Source: Candidatus Sumerlaeaceae bacterium
GTDB lineage: Bacteria; Sumerlaeota; Sumerlaeia; Sumerlaeales; Sumerlaeaceae
Length of the DNA: 64,000 nt
Assembly (NCBI GenBank): GCA_051003195.1
Contig: JBPCLP010000021.1
Location: 96,001-160,000, forward strand
Direction: 5' to 3'
Shown in pieces: positions 48,349 through 58,000 of this stretch (positions are counted from its first letter, which is position 1; the number at the start of each line of letters is the position of its first letter). The translations under genes and the position numbers were made by a program. The notes beneath the pieces were generated by a model. It was not told where the DNA came from and did not search any database. It saw nothing but the letters and a program-made list of their open reading frames with translations.

Positions 48349-49264
48349 CATCAAGAGCAAAGCGACGCGAGCCACAGCCAAGGCTGGCGAACCCCAGGTT
48401 CTGCGTCTCGGCATCCCAAAGGGAAGCCTGCAGGATAGTACGATCGCGCTGTTCCGCAAGGCCGGATACAACTTCGCCGTCAGCTCGCGCAGCTACTCAG
48501 CCAGTTGCGACGATCCTGAGGTGTGTGGTACCCTTATCCGCGCCCAGGAGATGAGCCGCTACGTTGAGCAGGGTTCGTTCGATGTCGGGCTGACTGGCCT
48601 CGACTGGATCCAGGAGAATCGTTCGAAAGTCGTCGAGCTGGAAGACCTGATTTATGCCAAGCAAAGCATGCGGCCTGTTCAATGGGTGCTCGCCGTGCCC
48701 GACAGCAGCCCGTTCAAAAGTGTAAAAGACCTGCGCGGGAAACGCATCGCAACGGAAGTTGTAAACATCACGCGCGATTACCTTGCCGCTCACAAGGTGA
48801 AGGCGGAGGTGGAATTCAGCTGGGGCGCGACCGAGGCAAAGGCGCCGGAGTTCGTCGACGCCATTGTCGAAGTGACCGAGACCGGCAGCTCTCTGCGCGC
48901 AAACAAGTACCGGATAATCGATACCGTGCTCGAGAGCTGGACAAAGCTGATCGCCAACCGTGACGCAATGAAGGACCCCTGGAAACGCCAGCGCATCGAA
49001 AGCATGGCAATGCTACTCAAGTCCGCGATCAACGCCGAAGGCAAAGTCGGCTTAAAAATGAACGTCGCCATCAAAGGACTTGATGCCATCCTCAAAGTTT
49101 TGCCCGCGCTTACCTCACCTACGGTCTCGCACCTGACCGATAAACAATTCGTGGCTCTGGAAGTGGTCCTCGACGAAGCCCAGGTGAAACGTCTCATCCC
49201 CGCGTTGAAAGGCGCAGGCGCGACTGGCATTATTGAGTACCCGTTAAACAAAATCATCTATTAG
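48317..49264 (+). CDS. hisG: ATP phosphoribosyltransferase (long form)
   Basis: Motifs [20 protein letters not shown] and PALTSPTVS; true start probably slightly downstream (~48338). Confidence 0.95.
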   Translation: MCRRRALLANNIKSKATRATAKAGEPQVLRLGIPKGSLQDSTIALFRKAGYNFAVSSRSYSASCDDPEVCGTLIRAQEMSRYVEQGSFDVGLTGLDWIQENRSKVVELEDLIYAKQSMRPVQWVLAVPDSSPFKSVKDLRGKRIATEVVNITRDYLAAHKVKAEVEFSWGATEAKAPEFVDAIVEVTETGSSLRANKYRIIDTVLESWTKLIANRDAMKDPWKRQRIESMAMLLKSAINAEGKVGLKMNVAIKGLDAILKVLPALTSPTVSHLTDKQFVALEVVLDEAQVKRLIPALKGAGATGIIEYPLNKIIY

Positions 49265-49291
49265 GCACCGTAACCGTAGGCACCGTAACCG
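49262..49291 (+). repeat. Perfect 15-bp tandem duplication starting at the hisG stop codon
   Basis: taggcaccgtaaccg x2. Confidence 0.9.
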
Positions 49292-49358
49292 GCCTGTGGT
49301 ATCAGGAAAACAATCGTACATGATGTTCGGGCGCGTGTGCGCGACCCAGGATTTAATC

Positions 49359-50705
49359 TCAGCTAATGACCACGTCCTGCTTCTTCGCGTCGAACGTCAC
49401 GCGCTTTCCGGTCTCCAGGGCCGCCATCGTCATGCAGACCGCCACGGAGTGGTTGTAGCCGGATCGCACGTCGGCTGCCGGGGTCTTGCCGCTGCGTATG
49501 CACTCCATCCAATTGCGCATGTGGGCCATGGTCATCAAGTCGACGCCGGTGTTTGCCGCGGTGACCGTCTCCGTCTTTTTTTCCGTCAGCATGCGTTTTG
49601 GCAGCAGCCGCGGCTGCATCTCCATGGCGCTGGCCGGGGTTGCTTCCAGCCCGCCCGTCGGTGAAATTTCGCCTGTGTCCAGGTTGATCATTCCGCCGTT
49701 AGAGTAATACAACTCCCGCGTGCCACCCGCGGAGTTCCCCATCCGCGAAGAGTACACCACCTGGAAGCCCTTTTCCGGTTCATCCGCAGGACCATAGTCG
49801 AATACCGCCGTCATGGTGTCCGGGTTCGTGCGGCCGTCGTGCCACTGGTAGATGCCGCCACTGGCCACCACACTGCGCGGGAAATCAAACCCCGTGAACC
49901 AGTGAATGGTGTCGATCTGGTGCACCATCCACTGCCCGGGAATACCCGTCGAATAGGGCCAGAAGAGCCGGTACTCGATGTACTTGCGCGGGTCCCACTC
50001 CACCTTTGGGCGATTCATAAGGTAGCGCGTCCAGTCGGTGTCTTCTTGGCGTACTTCTTTCACGAGCTGCGGGCGCCGCCACCGGCCTGGCTGGTTCACG
50101 TTCCATGTCATCTCGACCATGTTGATGTCGCCGAACTCACCCGAGCGGATGTACTCATTCGCCTTGATGTACGGTTCGCCGCTGCGCCGCTGACTGCCGA
50201 TCTGCACGATTTTTTTCGTCTCATCCACTGCCGCCAGTATCGCACGCGCGTCGTCCATCGTCTGCGCCAGCGGCTTTTCGATATACGCATGGCGGCCCGC
50301 GCGCACTGCCTCCACGCCATGCAGAGCGTGCTGAAAGTCCGCGGTTGCGATGATCACGGCGTCGAGGTCCTTCATCTCGTAAAGCTCTTCATTGTTACGC
50401 GCGGCCGCGATGGATGACGCGCCGGTGAGCGTTCGTAAAAATTCCACCCCTTCGTCGCGGCGGCGATTCCAGATGTCCGAGAGCGCAACGAGTTCGAAGT
50501 TCTGTTCACTCGCCAGGCGCTGAAACGCCGGCAGCAGGCTGTTTTTCGACCGATCCGCAAACCCGACCACGCCCACGCGAACGCGATTGTTTGCTCCCAC
50601 AATGCGTGCATAGCTCGCAGCGGGACAGCACGTTGCGGCAGCGGCGGCGATGAAGCCCGCGCTGTCCCGCAGGAACTGCCGGCGGTCTGTCTTCCCGTCC
50701 ATCAT
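49359..50705 (-). CDS. Tat-exported Gfo/Idh/MocA family oxidoreductase
   Basis: DRRQFL Tat motif; EKP, GSQRRS and VHQID. Confidence 0.92.
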   Translation of the reverse strand: MMDGKTDRRQFLRDSAGFIAAAAATCCPAASYARIVGANNRVRVGVVGFADRSKNSLLPAFQRLASEQNFELVALSDIWNRRRDEGVEFLRTLTGASSIAAARNNEELYEMKDLDAVIIATADFQHALHGVEAVRAGRHAYIEKPLAQTMDDARAILAAVDETKKIVQIGSQRRSGEPYIKANEYIRSGEFGDINMVEMTWNVNQPGRWRRPQLVKEVRQEDTDWTRYLMNRPKVEWDPRKYIEYRLFWPYSTGIPGQWMVHQIDTIHWFTGFDFPRSVVASGGIYQWHDGRTNPDTMTAVFDYGPADEPEKGFQVVYSSRMGNSAGGTRELYYSNGGMINLDTGEISPTGGLEATPASAMEMQPRLLPKRMLTEKKTETVTAANTGVDLMTMAHMRNWMECIRSGKTPAADVRSGYNHSVAVCMTMAALETGKRVTFDAKKQDVVIS

Positions 50706-51691
50706 GACAGCGCGCCTGCCTTTCTCAGTTGTTCCTTCATTTCCGTCATGCACTGGCGCGTGCCCTTCTCGGCCGAGCCGTCCAGCTTCCAGTGTGTTTC
50801 CAGCACAACGGGACCTGTGTATCCATCTTGTTTCAACGCGGCGAACTGGCCCTCGTAATCGATCACGCCACCCGCCATCGACGTGAACACCAGCGAACCG
50901 TCCGCCTTCTTCTTCGCGTTTTTGCAATGCACGTGGCCGATCCGGTCTTTTGGCAGCAGCTTATAGCCATCCGGGTAAGCCCTCTCCCCGGCGTACGCGG
51001 AGTTGCCCGGGTCCCAGATAAGTTTGAACGCGGGGTGATTGACCGCCGCGAGTGTACGGACAGCTTCCTTTGCCGTCGCCGTGTTGCAGGCATGCTCATT
51101 TTCCATGACGAGAGTAAGGCCGCTCCTGGCCGCCTTTTCCGCGGCGGCCATCAGCTTTTCATCCATGGCGGCACGGTAAGGCGCGGGATCGTCCAGCCGC
51201 CAGAAATCGAAACAGCGAATATGCTTCGTGTTGAAAATGCCCGCCAGTTCGATTTCGCGATCCAGCACGGCATCCTGCTTTCCCCAGTCTGCGGTCGCGT
51301 TAAACTGCGGCTTCGGTGGACTGTGTTTGGACCGCGGCGCGCCCGGCCAATCCACCTTGTACAGCGGCCCGGAAATGCAGGTCACGCCGAGATCGAATTG
51401 CCGGAGAATATCTCTCGTCTCGTTGATCTGCCGCTCGTTAAGGTCGACAATGTTCTTGTCCCACATGCCGCGCAGCTCGACATAAGACAACCCGAACTCT
51501 TTCGAGACGATTTCGCACGCGCGCGCAAAATCCTGCATCATCTCGTCCGTGAAGACAGAGACCTGGAATGGCGACGTGCCGCGCGCGGGAGGAGTCTTCT
51601 GTTCCAGCGCGATCGTGGCAAGTGAAGGACCTGCTGTCGCGGCCGCAGCAACGGTCGCGAGAAAACGTCGGCGGTTTACCAGGGTAGCCAA
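50702..51691 (-). CDS. Tat-exported sugar phosphate isomerase/epimerase (xylose isomerase-like TIM barrel)
   Basis: NRRRFL Tat motif; ENE, WDPGN, HVHCK and LETH. Confidence 0.9.
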   Translation of the reverse strand: MATLVNRRRFLATVAAAATAGPSLATIALEQKTPPARGTSPFQVSVFTDEMMQDFARACEIVSKEFGLSYVELRGMWDKNIVDLNERQINETRDILRQFDLGVTCISGPLYKVDWPGAPRSKHSPPKPQFNATADWGKQDAVLDREIELAGIFNTKHIRCFDFWRLDDPAPYRAAMDEKLMAAAEKAARSGLTLVMENEHACNTATAKEAVRTLAAVNHPAFKLIWDPGNSAYAGERAYPDGYKLLPKDRIGHVHCKNAKKKADGSLVFTSMAGGVIDYEGQFAALKQDGYTGPVVLETHWKLDGSAEKGTRQCMTEMKEQLRKAGALS

Positions 51692-51872
51692 TTCGTAGCT
51701 CCTTCACAAAGATGGAAGCAGAACAACGTAGCAGGGCAGAACCCAATCAGCACCGTTCCGTGCCGAGTCTGTCAAAAGATTATCCCACATGCGTGTAGAG
51801 AAACAAACCCCCGGCATTCGCAGTATCCAGGCCCTAGGCGCGGCGCGGCCGCCGCGATTGGCGCAACCTGTT

Positions 51873-52325
51873 CTATTCCAACATCTTCGAATCAAATTCA
51901 ACGCCATGCAATTTGCACAACATCTTCATTTCTTCGGCAAAATCGAAACCCGTCTTTCGGTGGTGCACCTTTTGGCGCTGCACGTAACCAATTGCCTTGT
52001 CCAACTGGGATGTGCTGATCGTGAACCCTCCGTACCCCGTTTGCCAGGCAAATGCGGAGCGCCCGAAGCGCCGTTTAAACCAACCGCTCGAATACGCCTT
52101 CGCGTCCTTCACCACACGTCCAACGGAGGGTTCAGCGCGCAGTTCCACAATGGCATGCACGTGATCCGGCATCCCATTGATTGCGAAAACATGCGCGTTG
52201 GATTTTATCAGCAATGCCGTCACGTACGCATACACCTGCGCCTCGACGTCGTTGGTAATCCAGGGTTCGCGGTGTTTCGTGCTCCAGACAAAATGATACA
52301 GGTAACGGGTGTGTGAGTGCCCCAT
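51873..52325 (-). mobile_element. tnpA: IS200/IS605-type HUH (Y1) transposase, probably REP-associated
   Basis: Motifs YHFVWSTKHR, DHVH (HUH), K..SS, FAWQTGY and Y..RQ..HH; no tnpB nearby. Confidence 0.9.
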
Positions 52326-52382
52326 GGCGGCTGGGGATAGGGCCACTGCTGCGCAGTTCCAATTGTTTTTTGCATACCAGAC

Positions 52383-52414
52383 CCCCGCACTCCGCTGCGC
52401 TGCGTACGGGGCTG
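52383..52414 (-). repeat. REP-like palindrome, left copy of a perfect 32-bp inverted repeat
   Basis: ccccgcactccgctgcgctgcgtacggggctg is the exact reverse complement of 52712-52743. Confidence 0.9.
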
Positions 52415-52490
52415 TAAAACGTAGCGACGCCCTGCGGGCTCGATGGATCGAACTGCGAGCGAATAATGGCAATGGAGCAGCGCATCACAA

Positions 52491-52674
52491 GATCGGGCCG
52501 TGCAAACCATGCGGGCGTTTATCTGCAACCGAGAGTGAAGCAACCCCCTTCAACGATCGGCGATGCAAACCATCCGGGCGTGTACCTGCAACCCAGCGCG
52601 ACGCAACCCCCTTCAACGATCGGCGATGCAAACCATCCGGAGGTGTACCGGCAACCCAGCGCGACGCAACCCTT
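52491..52674 (+). repeat. Three tandem ~63-bp repeats
   Basis: Units start gatcgg at 52491, 52555 and 52618 (gatcgg..tgcaaaccat..gcaacc..gcaaccc); copies 2 and 3 are nearly identical. Confidence 0.9.
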
Positions 52675-52711
52675 GCATACAACCCAGCGCGAAGCGCGGC
52701 GCTCCGCTTTT

Positions 52712-52743
52712 CAGCCCCGTACGCAGCGCAGCGGAGTGCGGGG
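52712..52743 (+). repeat. REP-like palindrome, right copy of the 32-bp inverted repeat
   Basis: cagccccgtacgcagcgcagcggagtgcgggg, flanked by gcgcgaagcgc and gctgcgcagcagc hairpins. Confidence 0.9.
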
Positions 52744-53016
52744 ACTCCAACGCCGACCCCCAACCCAACGAGCTGCGCAGCAGCGGCGCTCAAACGCTGG
52801 TGCCTTGCAACCAATCCCGGCGTTTTTCAAGTGCACAAATTGAATTTGTACACTTGAATTCCTTCTCCGCGATGGAACCGACATTCCGTGGTTGGAGAGC
52901 GGAGCGCACCTTTTCGAGCACGATAATATGCGCGTCGACATAAATTGTCAAATATCTGCGCCGGGTGTAACATGCGAAAAATGGGTTGGGAATTCCCGCA
53001 CGGGAACGTGCAGGAG

Positions 53017-53688
53017 TTATTCTGAGCCTACGGAGCTCGCATTCTTTGCACGTTTCTGGGTGCGATAGATATTACCGCGGCTGGTCGTCCCATTGGTCGG
53101 ATCATATGGATTGATGACGGAGACGTAGGTTTTCTGAGGCCCAAGGGAGCGCACGATAAACAGTCCATAGCGGTCTGTAAAGCTTTCGGGCGGATTGGTA
53201 CCCGCGATCGTCGTGGGCAATTGGGTCGGGTTCCCTGGCTCGTTCATACCAGTAGGGCAGCCCACGTCTATCCAGTGCTGAATGTTTTGATAACCCAAAT
53301 CATTGTGGTTCTGGTCGAATGTCTGTTGAGTAAATACGTCCTTCAACGTCGACGTAAGGTAGGCAACGGGGCTTGTGAGTCCACCGACCAAGGGCCCACT
53401 GCCTCCGTCGATTGGGTGCGGTCCTCCGGGGAGAAACTGTGAGGTGGACTGTAATCCACCGACGGTTTGAAACGCAATAAATCGGGGTATCGGATACTTA
53501 TTATTGTCCACGGCATAGGATTCTGCCGCTGTGACAATGCTTCGAAGATCGTTCTTTGCTCTCGATGCTTTTGCGCGCACCTGCGCTTCCAGAAAATTGG
53601 GCACTGCGATTGCCGCCAGGATCGCAATGATGGCGACGACAATGAGAAGTTCGATCAGAGTGAATGCATTTGATTTCGATTGTGACAC
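53017..53688 (-). CDS. Prepilin-type N-methylation domain protein (paralog 3)
   Basis: Motifs AFTLIELLIVVAII..., LTSPVAYLTS, SLGP and YDPTNGTTSRGNIYR; GTG start inferred. Confidence 0.92.
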   Translation of the reverse strand: MSQSKSNAFTLIELLIVVAIIAILAAIAVPNFLEAQVRAKASRAKNDLRSIVTAAESYAVDNNKYPIPRFIAFQTVGGLQSTSQFLPGGPHPIDGGSGPLVGGLTSPVAYLTSTLKDVFTQQTFDQNHNDLGYQNIQHWIDVGCPTGMNEPGNPTQLPTTIAGTNPPESFTDRYGLFIVRSLGPQKTYVSVINPYDPTNGTTSRGNIYRTQKRAKNASSVGSE

Positions 53689-53768
53689 GTTCTGGTTGCC
53701 TCCGTATAAAATCAACGGGGGGGGCGGAATTGCCTCCTGCCGACCACCGCATTGCTAATTGCTAGCTG

Positions 53769-54458
53769 TTATTCGCCGCCGACGGCGCGGTTGTTTTTTA
53801 GACGGAAGTGCGTGCGGTATATATCGCCCCAGCTAATACTGCCATTCGTGGAGTCGTATGGCTGAGCGGCTGAATTGAAAGTCTTATCCGGTCCTATCGA
53901 TCGGACAATCCAAGAGCCATACTTTGCCCGCAGGTCTGCCGCGGTTGTGCCTGTAAAGAAGTTTGACTGACCGTTGCCGCCACCGCCCGGGGTAGTCGAT
54001 TCGGCGGTGGGCAGTGGAATTCCCTGCCCTGGTTCGCACCAGATATCGATATTCTGATATGCAAGATCGTCATGGAGATTGTCAAAAGCGCTGATTGCAA
54101 ATGGGTCTTTCGGAATACTTGTAAGATACGCAATGGGACTCGTAAGCCCAGCGACGTTACTGCCGGCAATGAAAGATCCAGCATTGCCCGTTTCATGTTG
54201 ACCACCAGGAGCAAACTGACACCCGGAATTCAGGGGCGTTTGCAGTTTCAAAATATAGCGCGGCACCGGATACTTGTTTTCATCCACCATGTATGTTTCC
54301 AGCGCCGTGATGATAGTCCGCAAATCAGACTTTGCCCTGGACGCTTTCGCTCGCACCTGCGCTTCGAGGAAGTTGGGAACTGCGATCGCCGCGAGGATGG
54401 CGATAATGGCTACGACGATCAACAGCTCGATCAGCGTGAAACCGAGTTTCTTATTCAT
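53769..54458 (-). CDS. Prepilin-type N-methylation domain protein (paralog 4)
   Basis: Motifs GFTLIELLIVVAII..., LTSPIAYLTS, SIGPD and YDSTNGSISWGDIYR. Confidence 0.92.
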   Translation of the reverse strand: MNKKLGFTLIELLIVVAIIAILAAIAVPNFLEAQVRAKASRAKSDLRTIITALETYMVDENKYPVPRYILKLQTPLNSGCQFAPGGQHETGNAGSFIAGSNVAGLTSPIAYLTSIPKDPFAISAFDNLHDDLAYQNIDIWCEPGQGIPLPTAESTTPGGGGNGQSNFFTGTTAADLRAKYGSWIVRSIGPDKTFNSAAQPYDSTNGSISWGDIYRTHFRLKNNRAVGGE

Positions 54459-54651
54459 GACAGTACACCCGAATTGAAATGGGAAGCTAAGTGAAAGTAT
54501 CTAGCACAAGGCCTCGAAAGAATTTGTAAAGGACATTCGAAAAACAAATCGTTGAAACGACTATACTTCTGGTCGTTATTAGCGAGTTCGCACGCTTCTT
54601 TTTTGCCCAAACTTTGTTGCACCTCCTTCTTTTGCCCGCCCAGTGGGCCGA

Positions 54652-56283
54652 ATGACTAACGCACCGGTGTCGGCCGGCCTCAATGCCATCGACCTCGGCG
54701 TTTTTTTATTCTATATGGCGGCAACGGTCGCCCTGGGGTTCTGGGTGGCGCGCCGCGGCAAGTCGAAGCCGCGCGATTATTTCCTCGGCGGCAACACATT
54801 GCCGTGGTATGTCATCGCCACATCCATGGTCGCCACCAACGTCAGCAGCGAGCATTTTATCGCCAATGTCGGCGCTTCCTACAAGCATGGCATTGTTGTC
54901 GCCACCGGAAGCTGGAACTCGTGGATTATCTATAGCCTGCTGATCTGGGTTTTCCTGCCGTACTATTTGCGCTCCCGCATTTTCACGATGCCGCAGTTCC
55001 TCGAGCAGCGCTACAATTCCACATGCCGCTACCTGTTCGCGTGGATCACCACCGTGGGATACATCTTTGGTATTATCGCCGGCGGGTTATACGCGGGCGG
55101 GCTGGCGCTGCAGAGCATGTTCGGCATGGATATGACGATGGGCATCCTACTGCTGGCCGTCGCCACGGGCGCCTACACAATTTACGGCGGGCTGGTGAGC
55201 GCCGCATGGACCGACTTCATGCAGATGATTGTGCTGATTGTCGGCGCTGTCCTCGTGCCGGTCCTGGGCATGATGAAAGCCGGCGGCCTGGTATCCCTGG
55301 CGCAGGCCCACCCCGAAAAATTCCAGGTCTTCCTGCCGCCGGATCACCCGCTGTTTCCCGTAACGGGAATTTTCACCGGCTTCCTGAGCATTGGTATCTG
55401 GTATAGCTGCACCAATCAGCTCATTGTGCAGAGGTGCCTTGGCGCGAAGGACGAGTGGCACGCGCGCGTCGGCGTCGTTGCCGCCGGCTTCCTTCACACC
55501 ATCACCCCGCTGTTTTTTACTGTGCCGGGAATCATCGCTTATAAACTCTATCCGAACCTGGAAAAACCGGACAGCGCGTACCTGGTGCTCGTGAAGGACC
55601 TGATACCCAGCGGACTTCGCGGGCTTGTGCTGGCGGCAATCGCGGCGGCCCTGATGAGCACTCTTTCGACCGTGCTTAATTCGACGTCGACGGTGCTGAC
55701 CATCGATTTCTATAAAAAGCTCCTGCGCCCGGACGCCAGTGACGAGGCCCAGGTGCGGTTTGGACGGTGGAGCGGCGCAATCGTTCTGTTAATCGGTGCT
55801 GCGCTCGGATGGGTCTATGCCCAGCGGCAGGATCAATCGCTGTTCGTTCTCATTACCACCGTCTTCGCCTACATCGCGCCCCCGTTTGCCGTCATCTTTA
55901 CGCTGGGCCTTTTGTGGCGACGCGGTAACGCAGTCGGTGCCGCCGCGACCATTGTTGCGGGAATAATATTCTCGACGTTGCTCCATCAGTACCTGTTTCC
56001 GCACATCGCGCTGATCCGGCCTTATAACTCGCCGCACCATCGCGCGCTGGCCTGCTGGGTATTTTCCATGATCGTCATGATCTCCGTTTCGCTCGCCACG
56101 CCCGCTCCTGCGCCGGAGAAGACCGACGGCATCATCTGGAACCCGCGCTACGCGAAGCTGCCCGACGTGCTGAAGGAGAAATACCACGGCATCCGCGACT
56201 GGCGCCTGTGGTGGCTTCTCTTCATCGGCACCATTTTGTCACTGTATGCATTCCTGTTCTGGTTCCAGGCCCAGCACCGGTAG
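54652..56283 (+). CDS. Sodium:solute symporter (SSS, sugar type)
   Basis: Motifs DYFLGG..LPW, TMPQFLEQRY, YTIYGGL, WTD and QRCLGAK. Confidence 0.95.
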   Translation: MTNAPVSAGLNAIDLGVFLFYMAATVALGFWVARRGKSKPRDYFLGGNTLPWYVIATSMVATNVSSEHFIANVGASYKHGIVVATGSWNSWIIYSLLIWVFLPYYLRSRIFTMPQFLEQRYNSTCRYLFAWITTVGYIFGIIAGGLYAGGLALQSMFGMDMTMGILLLAVATGAYTIYGGLVSAAWTDFMQMIVLIVGAVLVPVLGMMKAGGLVSLAQAHPEKFQVFLPPDHPLFPVTGIFTGFLSIGIWYSCTNQLIVQRCLGAKDEWHARVGVVAAGFLHTITPLFFTVPGIIAYKLYPNLEKPDSAYLVLVKDLIPSGLRGLVLAAIAAALMSTLSTVLNSTSTVLTIDFYKKLLRPDASDEAQVRFGRWSGAIVLLIGAALGWVYAQRQDQSLFVLITTVFAYIAPPFAVIFTLGLLWRRGNAVGAAATIVAGIIFSTLLHQYLFPHIALIRPYNSPHHRALACWVFSMIVMISVSLATPAPAPEKTDGIIWNPRYAKLPDVLKEKYHGIRDWRLWWLLFIGTILSLYAFLFWFQAQHR

Positions 56284-56354
56284 CTCTCGAGCCCCGAATC
56301 GACACGAATAACCGCTTATGAAAGAACGAATAACTCAAGTGGCCAACGCTCATA

Positions 56355-56550
56355 CCAGTGTGCCGTCCCAGAAGTTCATAGCTATATTTCATGAAGCTTT
56401 CGAGCTCGGACGGCACGCAAAACCAGTGAACGAATTAATGGGACACCATACCAGTGTGCCGAATCAGAAGTTCCTATCCCATTTGAGCGCGGAAGATGAG
56501 CTCAATTCGGCACACAGAACCGAATACGAATTAACGGTAGACCACCCTAG
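56355..56550 (+). repeat. Two head-to-tail copies (B' and B; period 96 bp) of the dispersed structured repeat
   Basis: ccagtgtgccg at 56355 and 56451; stems gtgccgtcc/ggacggcac and gtgtgccgaat/attcggcacac; ends in ctag. Confidence 0.9.
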
Positions 56551-56592
56551 CGTTTATGGGTGTTCATTCGCGGTTGAAATGCTTTTGAAACT

Positions 56593-57996
56593 TTGAGCTT
56601 AAAAGCACCGCTTCTCGCCGCTGCAGCCCGGCGCGTCATCAATCCTCCGCCGGGAATTGCTCACGGTACCTGGGGCGCGCAGGTGCATGAGCGCGCGGAA
56701 GGCCAGGACATGGATCTGCTGGTGACCGCGCTTGCGGTGAGCGACGGTATTAATTCCGCAGTTGTGCTCGACGTCGATATGCAGATTTTCACGACAGATG
56801 CTGCCGACCGACTGCGCGCCATCGTGAGTGAAGCGACAGGACTGCCCGTCGAAGCGATTCGCGTTTCTGCTACGCACACGCATTCCAGCCCAACGCCGTA
56901 CAAAAGCTGGATTACGCAGGGCTGGGACCTGGTCGGGCCATGGTTTGATCTCGTAAACGACATGTCGGCCGAAGCCGCTCGCGAGGCGATCTCCGCCCTG
57001 AAACCCGCCATCGTTCGCGCCGGCCGCGGCGAGTGTCACATTAACACGAACCGCCGTGCGACAATCGCCGATGGCCGCGTGATCCTCGGCAAGAATCCGG
57101 ATGGCTTCAGCGACCGCGAAGTGCTTGTGATAAAAATGAATGCGGCAGACAGCGGCGAGACGATCGCCACCATCGTGAATTACGCCTGCCATCCGACGAT
57201 CATGGGACCGTCTAATCGCCTCATCACTCCCGATTACCCGGGCGCGACGCGGCAGACCGTCGAAGAAGCGGTCGGCGGTAAATGTGTATTCCTGCTGGGC
57301 GCTGCCGGCGACCAGGGCCCCGTGCAGGGCTTCGGGGATGATGTTCGCGTGTATCGCCGTCTCGGTGAAACGCTGGGACATGCCGCCGCAAAAGTGGCAA
57401 TGGAACTCGACCTGGTTCCCACTGAAACCAGACTGCGTGAGTTGGTGGAGTCGGGTGGTTCACTCGGCTACTACAACGACGAGTTCGCATCCGTTCCTGT
57501 TTTGCCGCTGGTCGTTCAGCAACACGATATCGCCGTTCCGCTTCGCGACGATATTCCCGCGCTGGATGCCGCGAGAGAGAATGCCACCGCCGCGCATGTC
57601 GCACTGAAACAGGCCCGCGACAGCGACGACGACTCCGCCATGCGCCAGTCGATTGTCCGCGCGCGGCGCGCCGACCTGAAGCTCCGGCTGGCTGAAGATT
57701 TCCACGGCCGCAGCGATGTCGGCGTGCGCACGCATTTCCTGTGCTTCGGCGACGTGGCGCTTGTTGCCAGCAACATCGAGCCATTCGCCGAGATCGGGGT
57801 GCACATCAAGCAGCACTCGCCCTTTCCCGTGACGCTTGTCTCAGGCTATACCAACGGCCGTCTCGCATACATGCCCACACCCGGGGAATGGACACGCGGC
57901 GGGCACGAAGTGCTCAACTCTCCCTTTGGCCAGCACGCGTCTGAAGCATACCAGGCGAAAGTATTGGAAATCCTCCACTGCATCCGCGGGCAATAA
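56593..57996 (+). CDS. Neutral/alkaline non-lysosomal ceramidase-family amidohydrolase
   Basis: Motifs ATHTHSSP, NRR, NYACHPT, PDYPG, GAAGDQ and GYTNG...GGHE. Confidence 0.8.
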   Translation: MSLKAPLLAAAARRVINPPPGIAHGTWGAQVHERAEGQDMDLLVTALAVSDGINSAVVLDVDMQIFTTDAADRLRAIVSEATGLPVEAIRVSATHTHSSPTPYKSWITQGWDLVGPWFDLVNDMSAEAAREAISALKPAIVRAGRGECHINTNRRATIADGRVILGKNPDGFSDREVLVIKMNAADSGETIATIVNYACHPTIMGPSNRLITPDYPGATRQTVEEAVGGKCVFLLGAAGDQGPVQGFGDDVRVYRRLGETLGHAAAKVAMELDLVPTETRLRELVESGGSLGYYNDEFASVPVLPLVVQQHDIAVPLRDDIPALDAARENATAAHVALKQARDSDDDSAMRQSIVRARRADLKLRLAEDFHGRSDVGVRTHFLCFGDVALVASNIEPFAEIGVHIKQHSPFPVTLVSGYTNGRLAYMPTPGEWTRGGHEVLNSPFGQHASEAYQAKVLEILHCIRGQ

Positions 57997-58000
57997 TCCC

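Noticed and set aside
52491..52674. CRISPR array
   Set aside because: The units are similar over their whole length with no unique spacers, and no cas genes are present in the window.
52309..52943. Overlapping ORFs of 107-182 aa across the REP/tandem repeat region
   Set aside because: They are explained by 63-bp (21-codon) repeats and GC-rich palindromes and show no protein-like features.
56284..56354. Third tandem copy of the 96-bp element
   Set aside because: Only a weak partial resemblance (cgaatcgacacg) and no intact stem; cannot be supported by eye.
56355..56550. CRISPR mini-array
   Set aside because: There are only two units, the constant part is too long and divergent, copies are dispersed singly elsewhere, and there are no cas genes.
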